In this document: one piece after another, positions 35,985-49,556 of the stretch
Position numbering within the stretch: the first letter of the stretch is position 1
Layout: every line of letters starts with the position of its first letter
Position numbers and translations under genes: made by a program
The notes under the pieces: generated by a model
Told to the model about the DNA's origin: nothing
The model's database searches: none
The model's input: only the letters and a program-made list of their open reading frames with translations
Source of the DNA: Patellaria atrata CBS 101060
Taxonomy: Eukaryota
Assembly (NCBI GenBank): GCA_010093705.1
Contig: MU006117.1
Location: 77,707-141,706 of the forward strand
DNA length: 64,000 bases
Direction: 5' to 3'

Positions 35985-37335
35985 GTCTCAATTACGCAAT
36001 ATTGGTACATTTTTGTCGAACGTCGGAGAAAGCAAATTCAGTTATAAAGTAGTTTAAAGCTCAGATACAAGAGAAAGAACACGGGAAGGGAAGGGAAAGG
36101 ATGGAAAGAAAAGAATGGAAGGGGAGGGAAAATGAGGGACTATTATATACATGTAACAGAGGATGGAAGACCCATATAGTATGCAAGGTGCTTAAATAGG
36201 AAAAAGTCATTTCTATTGTCGAACGTCTGTCCAAACCCGTAAACCCAACCCATATATCTTGGACCTTACTATATAAACATGAACTTTAGCTCATACTCTC
36301 GATCGACACCGTTCGACCGCCCGTATCATTAACTAGGAAGTACATAAAAGTTACTATAGAAATAATCCGTACAGGTAAATCGATTTGACCGTCTGAAGAT
36401 TAAACATCATAAACTGCTTTTTACCAGTGGGTAACGCTCCTTTTCTTCACTGGGCTAAATCACATATTTTCTGTCGAACGTCTTAAGAATTGAATCGGTT
36501 TCAAGATACCCACAGTCAAGTGGATAACATATACCTATGCCATGCTCTTCCATTAGGGGACTTCGTTCGGGCGGCCGGCCCAATTAGGAAATAGCGACAT
36601 ATTTCATCGAACGTCTATCAACTTTCTGGATGTTTCTGCCTTAAAATATATCCCGAAAACAGCGGAATTCGGTGTTTTTCGGCATTATTTTGGCCGTCTT
36701 ATATATTCTAAGTAAGAGAAGATACCGTAAAGAACGTACTCCTAATTAAGAAAGAGTAATATAGTTCGTAGAACGCCTAGCTTTTTTTTCTAGTAGATCC
36801 GGTCCCGAAACGGGTCTAGAAAACAGGGGAATCAGGCTTTTTTCGATTGTTTCGGCCATTAAGCTTCTGAATCGGGAAATATAGCTCATTTTTTGTCGAA
36901 CGTTGTGAAGCGTAACCGGTTTTATGATAGGTATAGTCGCCTAAGGTGGGTATGCTATTAAGGGATAAGATGCCGTATATTATGATAGGGCACCTCGTGG
37001 GAGTGAGAGGTACACCTCCTGATCAGGCAATAGTAACACTTTATCATAGTATGTCTGGCATATTTCTGAACTGAGGTGAAACCGGTTTCAAGATACCTAT
37101 AGTCGATTGGAAAGGATTGACCTGTGCCACTGTCCGAGGGCTCATCGAGGATACTATACCTCCTAATTAGGAAATGGCAACATCTTTCGTAGAACGTCTA
37201 TTCCTTTTTTTCCGGTAGATCCGGCTCTCATAATAAGTCCACAAAGTCGGAGAATTCGATACTTTTCGGTTCTGTTTAGGGTCTTATAGATTCCTGTATA
37301 GGAGATATGGGTTCATTTTGTGTCGAGCGTCTTAC
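35985..37335. repeat. Degenerate non-coding array of ~40-bp repeats spaced ~130-160 bp, with two spacer types
   Basis: Core RT(C/A)GAACGTC at 36015, 36218, 36473, 36606, 36768, 36895, (37046), 37189 and 37322, usually preceded by CCTAATTAGGAAAT-like sequence. No ORF of 60 aa or more on either strand. Confidence 0.8.
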
Positions 37336-37386
37336 TCGTTCAGCTGCCGGGTCAATACGATAGCATTTCAGGAGCCATCATCTTAG

Positions 37387-40062
37387 CTATAGACAAGATA
37401 AAGGATTTTTAGCTCGATTACCGTCAGTCGCTTGGGCCGTTCCCTCTGTGCTAGGTCGTGGAGGGTTTGTTGAATCTGAAGGGCTCGGATCCGTATATTG
37501 TTTGTCTAATTGAGCCACCATATCCTTCGGTGACATACCAATGTATTTTTTTCGGATAACCCCCGGGATGGATGCCAAAAGAATGTCAATGGCTTTTCGT
37601 ACCTCAGGATCGCGTCGTCCAATGGATGGCGTGGCCAATGTCTTCATTTGAGACGGCATCAGCCCCTCTTTTTCTATATATCGCATGATCTGTATTTTCC
37701 ACGACTTGTAAATCTCACGCTCACTGTAAGGTACGACCTCCCCGTTCGTAAACGTGCATCTTAGGCTTCCGTTCTCTTCTACTCTGGTCCAACCACACTG
37801 TACTGCACTTAGTGACGGTTCCGTAACCTGGGTTGGGGGATGGCAAGCCGCGGATATTAGAGCGCTGCAGCTTCCAAGTATCGGTATGTCGTTGTTTCCC
37901 ACTTTTATCCAGCCTATGATCGCTAAGAGAAGGATTAGGGATATACCTGCACATATAATAACGAACATAGGGAGTAGAGAAAAGGCGCATGTGATGTAGA
38001 AGGGCTCGTCATCTTGGTCCACCGCAACTAAGAAATGCTCTGAGAAACCAACCAGTGAAGAAGTATAGAAATGATCATCAACGGAATACCGTAGCGATAA
38101 GGAACCTGGAGAAAATAGGTTCCCCGTTGTTCTTTCTTGGGAACTGTAGAGACCCGTAGCCCCTTCCTGTGCTTTACGAAATCGTGAAGTTCAAGAGTCG
38201 CCAGCATTGCAGTGAAGAGACCGTTGACGGTAAAGTAGATAAACGAAAGCGTTGGCTGAGCGAGATTTGCAATGATGGCGTTGATGAGGAGCCCTGAGAT
38301 CCCAATGTTAGGGACCTTCCATCCGGTAATGAGACCGATTGCTTTTACCTCACCGAATCCCATGTCTGTAAAATTCATCAAAATGAAAATTATACAGAGA
38401 AATACAAGAGGGTTAAGACTTACCTGGAACCAGATCGGTAGTAATACCAGTAGTACTGACCCCATATACTAACCACGTGGTCACGAGAATGATAGCGGTG
38501 AATAGCATGAAAACACAGAATAACCATCTTTTCCGGCTCGCGGCATCACCCAACCGTTGAGCTTTCGCAGATATCGACAATTGAGGTGGTGATCGCCACG
38601 CCCCTTTATCTTCCAATAATGCGTCCCTCGATAGGAAAAGCGTGCACGGTGTGGTGTTTTCATCCCCATATTCTAGAAAAGAACTGATCGCATCTCCTAC
38701 TGTCACAAGAGGAGACCCCTTCACCTTCAAAATTACCATCAACATGAGTACAACCTTGAAGAGGTTCATTACAAGTACAACTACCATGAGATGAAGACTG
38801 AATTGGACCTTGCAATGCTCTGGCTCTCGCGCTGCTAGACAATGGTCGACCTGGCTACCACCTGGTCCCGGCGCCCATTTGGTTGCGTTCTTCTTTATTT
38901 CTGGTAGTTTCGGGCTGCACATTTTACTACATTCACCGTAAGACACTCCGAAGTCCCGTTCTCCCTCTTGACAGATCCAGAACCATGGTTCTTTCCGACA
39001 TCTTACATAGGGTAGACCAGTGGCGAGAGTTATACCGATTTGAACGATATCGCCGGTTTCAAGCAAGGAATCCATCTCATCCTTTAGAACGAGAATAAGG
39101 GCACTCGAGCGGGACTCAAAATCGTGAGCGTAAGCTTGAATACAATCCGTGTTCTCTAGACGGATCAGAGAGCCGTTAACAGCTCTATCATGTAAGTTTT
39201 CTAAGATATCGTGGCCCTTAGAGGAGTAGTCTTCAGAGCTGTTAGTCTTTGCTTCCATGACTGATATTTATTATAAAAATGATGAAATGGGAACACACGA
39301 AAGCGAGAATTAAGAATATCATGTTGCGTTTGGTTCAGTCTATCCAGACTATCCACGTCCAGGAACCCTTTGGTGACGTAGATCAAATCATAGTCGCGAA
39401 CAGCAATTGTTGAGAATACTGCCGAGTTGTAACTTCAATGCATATATTAGTACATGATATGGGTTATGTTGAACTATGGCTTACAAGAGGTGCAATGGTA
39501 GGGAACTTATGGCTAAGCTGAACCACAGTAAAACTCGTGCCCAACCGATGGCAGAAATATTTCTCACACTGGGTACGCCTATATCGAGCCACCGTCCCTT
39601 CACATGTGCTTTATCGACGTCCAGTCTAGTTGGAGCTGACAAGCATTGCATACTGTAGTTGCTGGCTCCAAGTAGAAGGGAACTAAGGACATTTATGACA
39701 AGATGGATTCCGCTGTTAATATGGCTTGCTTTCGAACACTCGCCGTTGAAGAGGATGGCTCGGCCTTCGTAGCTGATTTGATGTCGAGCAAGGACCCAGA
39801 TCATTGCAGAGAAATTGATAGCAAAGCACAATGTTGTCGTAATTGCTCCAGATATGACACCAACCCTCCAACCGGCCAAGTTATGTCGTATTAGCCATTT
39901 GTCTAACTTGCAAGCTGGAAGAATTAAAATTCGCTTTAACCTATCGTATGTGCGAGTGAAAGCACTGGGCGAAGGTTTGTCATGATGCTGGTCTTTGGTG
40001 TCCTTCGGTTGACCTTGCGTTTTGCTCGCAGCGGTCGCTGTTGGTTCGAGGTGGGCAATCAT
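37387..40062 (-). pseudogene. DUF6536-type multi-pass membrane protein gene with at least one frameshift (pseudogene or assembly error)
   Basis: HLVINVLSSLLLGASNYSMQCLSAPTRLDVDKAHVKGRWLDIGVPSVRN...SSLPLHL|YNSAVF; PLVTVGDAISSFL; HRKGLRVS...QRGTYFLQVPYRYGIP. HWLVSQSI(FLV) needs one extra T at ~38033. Confidence 0.8.
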
Positions 40063-41753
40063 TGTATTATCAATGCGGCTGATATAATTTTTGACGTGTC
40101 TTGTGGAAGCAATTCGTAAGATCTCAACCCTTGATATAAGGTATCATAGAAACAGTATGTGTTTATATCACTCCTCTAGAACTACCTTGCAGTATGTTCA
40201 TAGCGGAGGTTATGTATGCGGAGTCACGTTGGCGGCAACGCTGGAAAAGAGACAGAATGGAACAAATGTGAACTTTGCGCGAACAATCAAGAATAGGAAC
40301 CATCGATAGTAATACCATAATGAAGAGTCTGGACTTAACTACTTAGATCAGATCGGTTTTTCTGTCTCAATGATATCATCGCCAGAATTTCATGGGTATA
40401 TATATATCATCGTACAAAGTTCAAGTCGGTTATCTCCAGTCGTGTAACCGTTGGATTCCGCCCTATTGTGAGGTGATGAAGTATGCCTCATGTTTAATTG
40501 GATGAAAGGTAATATAATCAGTTGGCCCAAATACTTGTTATAGAGACCCATGAACCTCAACATATTGCATAGTGTGTTATGCTGCAAGTATTGTAGCAAT
40601 CCCCATGCAAACTAGAAGATTTGGACTAAGTCCATTGATTGAAGCAAATTAAATGAAACTGTTGGAAATATGCGTAAGGACATCGAAGCTTGCGTTTGAA
40701 GATGAATATTTCTTGACTATAAACCGTAACACAAATTATACGTTATATGACTTTACCTTGGAAACGAATTCTCTTTATAAGCTCACGTGGACGCGTAAAT
40801 GTACAGCCAAAGACACTATGAAGAATGAAGAGAAACGACGTACCTATCCAATTCCTCAATCTGATAACTTTTACCAATACTTTTAGAACCACATTTCATG
40901 TATATTCAGTACATCAAGAAGTTATTCAGTCCTAACGCCAACATCTCTTCAATGCCCAACCGAAGTTGGATCTACGGACTTCTGAGGTAGAAAATCTAAA
41001 GCGAAACGTCTCCCTTGAAGAAAATCGTGAGATAAAATAAGAAGCAAAACTACAAGCCGCTTGATGACTTCTAGAACCCCCAGATCAGTGGCATTTTATT
41101 GCTGCTTTTTGGTTGCTACTTTGACCTGATGTTGATGAAAGGGCACCGGGAGTTACTCAATTCGGATACCTGTCTAGGTTAGTACCGGAGGATTTCGCGG
41201 GATTTTTTTTGAAGCGCAAGTGTCTTCGCTATGGGCTTGTTCTGTTTGATTCTAACATGGACTCTTTTGAGATATGATATCCACTCCGCTTGCAAAGATT
41301 TCCTATAGCGCCCACACGCCCAAGATTGACAGGGAGGCAACGTAATGCACCGAACCATACTATCTAGCAGTTTTTCAATTGACTTAATAGTACTTTTTGC
41401 GAGCTGATGACTGCAAACCTAAGCGAGAACCTTACCCAAAAGATATGGTACCTATCTTGGACTGGGGGGTTACCAGAGAATAAGTTCGAGGATTCCTGGT
41501 CAGGGTATTAAATTTTGGATATACATATTGTGTTTTGGGAGATATCGAGCTCCAAAATAATAGCCGTGGAATTAGACCTCAGGCCAAATTCTACCAAATC
41601 CGACTGGCTGTATTATTGTCAACGTATGTAAATATGGACCATGGATGGAGAAGATTGTATGCCCAAACTCACAATTGTCCACTTCATATTTTAACTGCCA
41701 GGACGATCTTCCCTCTCCAGAGTGTTCCCTTTCTCGAAGGAGTGATTCTCACA

Positions 41754-42720
41754 TCATCCCCTATCCCCCATCCTCCAATAAATCTTCAACCTATCCAAAG
41801 ACCCCGGACTGCCCAACTGTGGCAAGTCCACTTTCTTATACCCGTCCACTACCATCCCAACAACCTCTCTCGCCTCATCTCTCTCCTCCTTCCTTTCGAA
41901 CCACCGCTCAAACTTGTCATGTCCGCCTCCTATCTCTTCCAAATCATTGACTACATATGCGGCTGCTTCTTTCCCCTTTAGGACTTCAGGGACAAGCACG
42001 TTGACTTCGAGGAAGGGGACGAAGACGAGGGTGGTGGGAGATATGATGTCGGTAGCGTTGGGGGGTTCTAGAACAGAGATACCGAGGGAGGTAAGGTATG
42101 TGCGGTCGACGGGGGAGTAGCGAGGCTCCTGGGCTATTGTTCTGATCTTCTTTAAAGGTGGTTGTGCTAGACTCTCGGGCGAGAGGTTGGGGGGAAGAGA
42201 TCTGAATTCGTTCACTATGTGCAACTACCTCATCAGCCTTGTCTATGATAAACCTACTGAGCGCAGAGCTCTCACATATATCCACGAGAATCAAAAACAG
42301 AGCGATTTGATCCATACTATCCCAACGTCCTTGCATATCTCTCGTGAGAGAGCCAGTTGCAAGACAGATTGCAGTATCAACTTCATACCAAAACGGTGTC
42401 TCCTCAGTCTCTACCCCAGCAGCCTTCCTCAATGCTCTAATTAGCTCCTCCCTCCTCCCATCCCCCTCTATCTTGCCTCTCTGCCTCTCAACCTCCTCCG
42501 CCAACTGTGCGACCGTATACCGATCCTCGCTCTTTCCCACAACACTCCCCTCATCTTCACCCCCAGCTCGCTTTTTCTTGCTCCTTGTCCTCTCACCTAC
42601 CTTACTTCCGGTCCCCGAATGCGTCACCAACGTCCAACCATCCTCAACCCCCACATTCACCCTCTTCATATGACCCCCTCTCAGTCCTCCACCCCCCTTC
42701 GCGGATGTGAAGTGGGGCAT
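41754..42720 (-). CDS. SRR1-like (sensitivity to red light reduced / Ber1-like) domain protein; intron 42275-42215
   Basis: AICLATGSL...SMDQIALF, IAQEPRYSPVDRTYLTSLGISVL and TTLVFVPFLE fit the SRR1 pattern (CLGLGS, QDP.F...D...L..LG). The GTGAGA...CATAG intron joins the two ORFs in frame. Confidence 0.75.
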
Positions 42721-43509
42721 CTTGCAACTCAGCCTATGCAGGCCTTTAGGATCCGGGGCCCTAAGAGGGAGCAGAGGTGTTGAGCGGTGGCGTCGGATTG
42801 GAGAGGATGCGGTAGGGTCAAAAACGGCTGTGGAACGGGATACTATGTAGACATTGCTCGCGGTGCTACTTCAGCGAACTCGTGATCACCAGGAGCGTAC
42901 GCCGTCCTACAAATGTCTCGTGAAGCTTTCTTTCCGCGGCGTACGGAATGACTGAGACGCCCTTCTTCTCTAGCCGGTGGTTGTTCGTATAGAGTACGAT
43001 AGACGTCAAGTCAGCAGGACGGCAATATCTAACATATTCTAAAATGGGGTAGCACCGAGATGAGGTGAGAAGGTTGAGTTAAGGTTTGAAGAAACATCAA
43101 TAACCTCCCACGGTACGATATGCAAGTGCCAAGAGCATCACCCGTAGTGGGAAGGTCTGATCCACCTTCCACCTTCCGCCCGCTATTCCGCGAACAAGCA
43201 GCCCTTGAGGAGTGGAGCCCAAAAAGGGCAGGGCAAGGTTCTCGCGACTGACTGATCGATGGCGTATATATAAGTTCTGGGTCTCTAAGCGATAATCTCC
43301 TTGATAATAGCAGATCCTTCATTATCAAGAACATTTATTTTTGGAGATCTGATACCAGTACTGTATGAATTGTATTTGTCATATCCGCAGTATCCAACTG
43401 CTGTCCCCATGCGGAAACCGCTCAAAAAGGGCTTAAAAATTACTAAAGCGTACATAGTAGTACTGTAGGGTACGTAACATCATTTTGGATCACCTTAAAC
43501 CCTCCCCCA

Positions 43510-43513
43510 CCCC

Positions 43514-43544
<31 letters not shown>

Positions 43545-43550
43545 AAAAAA
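43510..43550. repeat. Compound homopolymer C25-A16
   Basis: Seen directly; the minus strand is T16-G25. Confidence 0.9.
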
Positions 43551-43820
43551 GGAGCGGTGAAAAACGCTTCTCTTGAGACATCCACTTACATCCGGCTTGC
43601 CCCCGTGAAGCCACTCGGGAAAAACAGAGAGTGTGAGGAAAGGGTATCCTCCCGTAAGTTGAACGCCGTAATATCTACAATAAAGGTGGTTGAGGCTGGA
43701 AACCTTGCTCTTCTACCGTGGAACTCTGCCGATTACTCCGAATGAGACCCCTAAGACCTAGGCTTGCTGATGCTGTACAAAATTGCGAGAAAAATAAATT
43801 CACACTCGTGCTTTCTGGAT

Positions 43821-44676
43821 TCATATCCAAGCGAATGCGACCATGAGTGCTGATAAGGCCGGTAATACGTGGAGGATGCTGGACGGTAATAGGGATGGAG
43901 CGGCGTTGAGACTGCTCGTTGTGAATACGAGATTGAAGCTGATTTCCTTGCCCGGTTCTGTCGAGTTGCGGCAATTATCCTGGGTAACTTGCTCGACGTC
44001 TTCAGGTTCGGCGAATGTGATATCGACACACTATTTCAGGATTAGCATCTGTCTGGTTTCTGTTATGCATGATATGTGTCCTACGTTGTATAGGGCAGCG
44101 CCGTGCTGCGCAGTCTCGATAATTTGGATCGTCGCATTGTCACCAACCTGCACGCTCGCATTGACAGGAAGCGGAACCTGTGGAAAGCAGAATTCTCCTT
44201 TGTACATTTTATTTGAAGGACCGTTGATTCCGAAAACTGGCAACATAGGATGCGACATGTTCATCGGTTCATTTCCAAAGCCCATATTGATGTAAAATAA
44301 TGCTTGCGAATGTCCAGAGAACCATCCTGGTTGGACTCCTATCGCACCACCTTTAACTGGCCATTTCGTCCTGTTTTGCGAAGTTGGCATTCCACCACCT
44401 GATGTCATTTATTAGTCTGCATTTTGAGCCTCAGGAGTCGAAGTTCAACATACATGGATACATCCATTGCTGCCCGTAGGGAAAGGTAGGTGTCTCAGTA
44501 GTTGCATTCCAGTTAATGCCTAATGAGCCAGGTGGAATTTGTGGTGGATCTGTCCCCTCGACTGTACCGTTGCTGTGTAGATTGTTCCCTCTCCAGCCCG
44601 GATATGTGATGACTGTGTGGGCTGCGACGAAGGTCCAGGTGGTCGTGAGAGCGACGAGGGTGGAAAGCCTCATCAT
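43821..44676 (-). CDS. GPI-anchored copper-binding LPMO-like protein (Bim1/X325 family); introns 44453-44399 and 44084-44031
   Basis: Signal peptide ending VAA followed by His1 (HTVITYPGWRG); YPC|GG, NRTKWP, FCFPQV, GDNATIQIIETAQHGAALYN|CVDITF; hydrophobic C-terminal tail ...LPALSALMVAFAWI*. Confidence 0.85.
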
Positions 44677-46665
44677 GGCGGCTAAGCGGTTCCTGAGACG
44701 GATAACGTTTCTCTTTCCTTCTTTGAGTCCTCACAAGCACGAAACACTTTGGATTGCAAAGTGTAGCAGTGAAATGTGTTTTGAAGCAAGACGACAAGCA
44801 ATAATAGCAGGCTCAGCTGGGTGAAAGGGTTGGCAGCGGGGAGTATTTGATTATACATCTCTCTTGGGCTGGCCCTGAGCCCGTGTGATGGATTCGCATT
44901 TCGCAGCGCAGAGAATCAGCCTTTCCCCTTCTGTGCATCGTCTTCTTGGGCTTCGTTCTGTGAGCCACTCGGTCGGTTGACAAGGAAATCAAAAAAAGGC
45001 GGCCAGTTGCCCATGTATCCCTTGTTTCCCTTTGAGTTGTTGAACATCGAGGGGCCTGTGAGCATGCAAAGCAACCATAGCGGCGAATAAGGTTCTGAGG
45101 TGATATTGCCTTAACAGGGACGAGCATGATGGTGTTCCGAGTATCTGACCATTCAGAGAAGAAACTGCATAGTATGTCAGAACGCTACAGTGGGATGACG
45201 GGAACGCTATTCCCGACAAGAACAAGCGTAAAGGGGGAGAAGATACAATGAATGCCGTAAAAGCTTATGATTCGCAGAGAGCTTGTTGAAAAGAGTGTGA
45301 ATTCTGTGGAAAAAGAGATCAAGGCATTAAGCCCCCAGGGCCGAAATTCAACCTCTTCCACCCTTCGGCTAAAGGTGTGATAGGTTATGCTGTCGTGCTT
45401 GTGTAGCCAACCAACCAAAGCAACACCAAGACCGCCTTCCGGAAGGGCCTCGATACCGTAGAACAGAGTTGCATCTTTTCTGCTGTAAGCGCCCGGATAT
45501 TGCCTATCACTCACCACCATCCTCGTTCATGACGCATCTGTAGAACTGCCCAGAGCGGTACAGCACAGTAAGATGCTTCTTGAACTCTTGTCCGTCCACT
45601 GCGGCCCCATAACTAACCTTCGCCGTAAAACAAAATCGTCCCTATCGGGGACAATCAAGCAAGATAGAGGTAGTCCGGTACCTTGGTGATGGTATAGTTC
45701 TATATGAACGCTTGAAGCCTTTCACGTGTGCCGGGTACTTGCATGTAAACGCGCGACTGAGCGTACTATACACCACTATCACGCATCGTCACACGAAATC
45801 AACGTTGAACGTAGTTCAAGAAAGCCGTTGTGGTCGTAGTTTTGCAGAATAGCTGTGTCTCTTGAGGAGAACGAACGATTTGCACACTCTTGCGACTGGT
45901 CCCTGGATCGGTCCATTTCGAACATGTCATAGATCGTTTATCATCATCACATATCTAGACGCTTTCTGTCTTCTTCAAGTAATTGAACTATTGAATCAAT
46001 ATACTGCTGCTTTCCGTGTCAATCGTGCTAGCTAGAGGAGGATATGATTCTTGCTGGGAGGTGAACCTCCCCCAATGGCATCAGTAATTGCGAACAAGTC
46101 TGCATGCGAGAAGGAGGCGCACCAAGAATGAGTCCAGAACAACAACAATCGAGCTTTGAAAATCCGGAAATCTGTAAGCTCAAATCGGAAGAAAGAGAAA
46201 TGAATCATTTTCTGGCAAATACATGTGAATGCTGGCTTAGGACTGGTTGAAATCATCATTCACTTTCAAGATAATTCAATAAGCGCGCTTCAGCTTGAGC
46301 GTCCAAGAATTCCATAGGACGTTGGTTTTGCCTTATGATAGAGGATGACAAGCAATTTCTCAACTCATTATCATCGACTTGATGTGAAAGTTGAAGGTAG
46401 GACAACGTTTGAAGATGAACCTGAAGTCCTTTGCTCATCCATCGCCGTGACTTCCTAATTAAAGACCCTTCGATTGCCTAAACGACCACACCACCTAAGG
46501 TACAACGTATACCCGACTCCAAAGTGTACAAATTAAGGTAAGGAACTGGGTATTGTGCGATTATGCAACGCAAATCATCGAAACTTGCAGTCTATACACT
46601 CCACTACTCCTCCTGTACGTTGTACCATAAGTACCGTACATACAGTACCTTAATGTACTATACAA

Positions 46666-49346
46666 TCACGAGCTGAGACTTAGTCTGTTCAATCGCCCTA
46701 ATGTTCCTTCTACCATGGCATTCTGCCTATCAAGAAGCTCCATGACGTGAGCTACTCTTGTTCTCCTAAGCTCAGATGGGATCTGGACGTCACCATTTTC
46801 CGAAACTCCTTCTGAAACTTCTTCTGAAACCCTCATCTGCCGCTTGAGCTCTTCCTTCAGTTGTTCAACCTCCCTAAAGCGTTGGCCCAAGACGGTCTTC
46901 TCCTGCTCTTGGGTACCGTTTCGGTTGTCGAGAGATACACCGAATTTTCGGCTCATTTCGTCGAGCTCCTCTCCCCACGCAATCTCTTTCTCACTGAGTT
47001 CCTTGCCACCAACACGTGCCAACTTCTCCTTGAATCGCTCGTACCGACTGGAGAGATTAGCTTGATTTTTGGTAGCCGCTTCGAGTCTGCTTTTGATCTT
47101 TTCATTCCCTACAACTCTCTCCTCAGAATTCGAAAATTCCTCGTTGTCTCCGGTAATCCCGTCAATTCGTGCCGCAAGCTCCCTGGACTTCTGGATTTGA
47201 GCGCGTAGTTCGTCCTGGAGTCTCTCACAGCGTCTGAATAAATCTGAAGCAGCGTGTCCAAGCGCCTCCGATTCGCGCGATACAATACCGTGCACTTCGC
47301 CAAAGTATCCTAGCGTGACCTCAGATAGTTTGACTTCCTCTTTGAGATACCTGCGGTGATTCCGATGAACACGAGATTCCAAAAACAGTGGTAGATCTGA
47401 AGGTTCCCAGAATGTTTGAGGTGGTTGATATATTGGACGAGGTTGTATTGGGGGTGCAAAGTTCAACTCCGGTTCATAATTGTTACCTTCCTCAAGGAGT
47501 AACTCGTCATATGAACCTTCTAGGACTGCAGCGTAGGGTTGACTATTGACTACCGTTAAGACGAAATATCCGATATCTGAGTCTTTAAGGGCGACGCAGG
47601 TAGCTATACCGGAGGAATGCGGATTTGGGCGGAGTTGCTCGCGAGTTAGTTGGATTGGTCTCTCGAATATCGTTTGACATCGCTCATAAACCGATCTAAA
47701 GCGAGATTTGATGTCTCCTTCCTGAGGAGCATCGAGCTCTACCCTTAATGCTTCCGCCCAGGAACCTACTGAGACCCAGAAGACTCCTGCTTCATCAGTT
47801 ATAAAAAATGATGCTGGGGAATGCACATCCGGTGTAAATGTGGGATGAGATTCCTCAAGTGATTCTAGGTCAGAGCGAAATCTCACAGTTTCGAATAATA
47901 TCAAAGATGGACTCAGCCTACTAATAATATATCTCTATATCACTGTTAGCTAAAGCGCTTTTATACCGTTGTCCATATTATACATACCGAGCTTGTTGGT
48001 AACCATTGAGCTTCGACCCCTTCTAGGTTCAAGAAGACTTGTAATTCCCCACTGTTAGTCAATAAAGAGACGATGTTTGCTTGGTTCACGTCTCGGTCAG
48101 CTGGCCCATGCTCTTCTCCGGGGTTATCGCTACCTAGTCCTGTTACGTAGATATCTGTGAATTCGTAATCGTAATCATCCGACAACAGGGGCTTCATGGG
48201 AAAAGGTCCCTGTAGCCTCGGAATGGCATTTACGGATGATGGACGGGAGAAGTACTGGACCTCTTCAAAACCTGGCATCTCCACAAAAACCGGTTCTTGA
48301 TCTTCTATGTCCTCTAACCAGCTTATCTGTTGTTCATATATTAGCTGGTCAGACTCCTGAGTCTCTCTATCATCTGAAGATGCAAATTCTTTGCTGGCAA
48401 TATCAAGTACGAGGGAGTGCAGATGCTGTGATGTCCAATACTGACTGCTCCACTGCCATCTGGAGGGAAGAAGAGGGCATAAAGCGTATACGTCCCCCCC
48501 GGTCATGTTAATCCAGAGGGTCATCGCCGCCCATGGGTTCTCTTCATATCGTTTCCCTGTCCCCCCGAAACAAGCAGAAGCTACTTCCATATCAACATGG
48601 TCGGCTGAGAAGCCATTACTAGTCCCATAAGACGAAGCAGAAACATCGTCTTCAGCGCTTGTAGCATTGGATAGCTTCTTCAAGTCTACCGCTAATGTCG
48701 GGTTGGAGAATGAAAACCGGTCATCCCTGTTCACTTCCCATAAACGTAGTGTAGCGTCTTCAGTAATTGTCACTAGGGCTCTCGAGGCAGTTTCACTCAT
48801 ATTTCCTAAGGGATGCCAAAGGACAGATACTAGGGACGACTCTTCGACGACATGTGTTGTAGGACCAAGATGAAAGGTCTTTAGCTTGAGTGGGCCCGTA
48901 ATGTCGGATGTAAGTAGTGAGGAATGCGGTAGGATCGCTAGATGGATCGTATTGGGCGTGAGAATAGCGAGGTAATCTTCTCCGGGAGAGATCACTAGTT
49001 GCGTAATTTGACCAGATGTGGGAGATTTTAGGATCTGTATCATTCAGCATTGAACTGAAGTTTTGGTTTTTAATGGCCTCAATACCTTATAGAACGCCTC
49101 AGGATCATCTTCGCTCTCTTTCACTTCCTTTAGCAATACTAGATCGGTCCACCTTATCTCATTATCCACTACTACGAATACCTCTGTACCCCGACGCGCA
49201 ATTATCCGGTGAGCTCCGCGATATTGGTTCGAGCTTTGTGGACCTCTGAATTGCTGTGAAGGTATCTTCCCTTTGGATGCAAATGCCTTGAAGCCAGGCG
49301 TTGGTCTACTGAGCCAATCTGGGGTATATGCGAGGACCTTAGGCAT
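46666..49346 (-). CDS. NUP82: Nucleoporin Nup82/Nup88 family; introns 49085-49035 and 47987-47935
   Basis: MPKVLAYTPDWLSRP...IARRGTEVFVVVDNEIRW; beta-propeller motifs (VLWHPLG, LVTITEDATLRLWE, GGDVYALCPLLP); C-terminal coiled coil (AASDLFRRCERLQDEL). Confidence 0.88.
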
Positions 49347-49556
49347 GGCGATATCTTTCCCTGCAGCGGTTTCGTTTACAAATATGATGTCTGCCTTGTG
49401 GAAGGGTTGATGGAGCAGTGTGCAGTTGAACATGCGAAGTGCCTGTGGTCATTCGACGTGAACCTTCAAACACCATGCACGGACCATATTCAAAAGCTGC
49501 GTACTGGACAAATCCAAAGCATGAATCTCAATCACGAAACACTCTCACCACACAGC

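Noticed and set aside
35985..37335. CRISPR array interpretation of the interspaced repeats
   Set aside because: Eukaryotic context, no cas genes, degenerate repeats, and spacers that are long, variable and homologous to each other.
43485..43745. ORF with polyPro-polyLys
   Set aside because: Translation artefact of the C25-A16 homopolymer.
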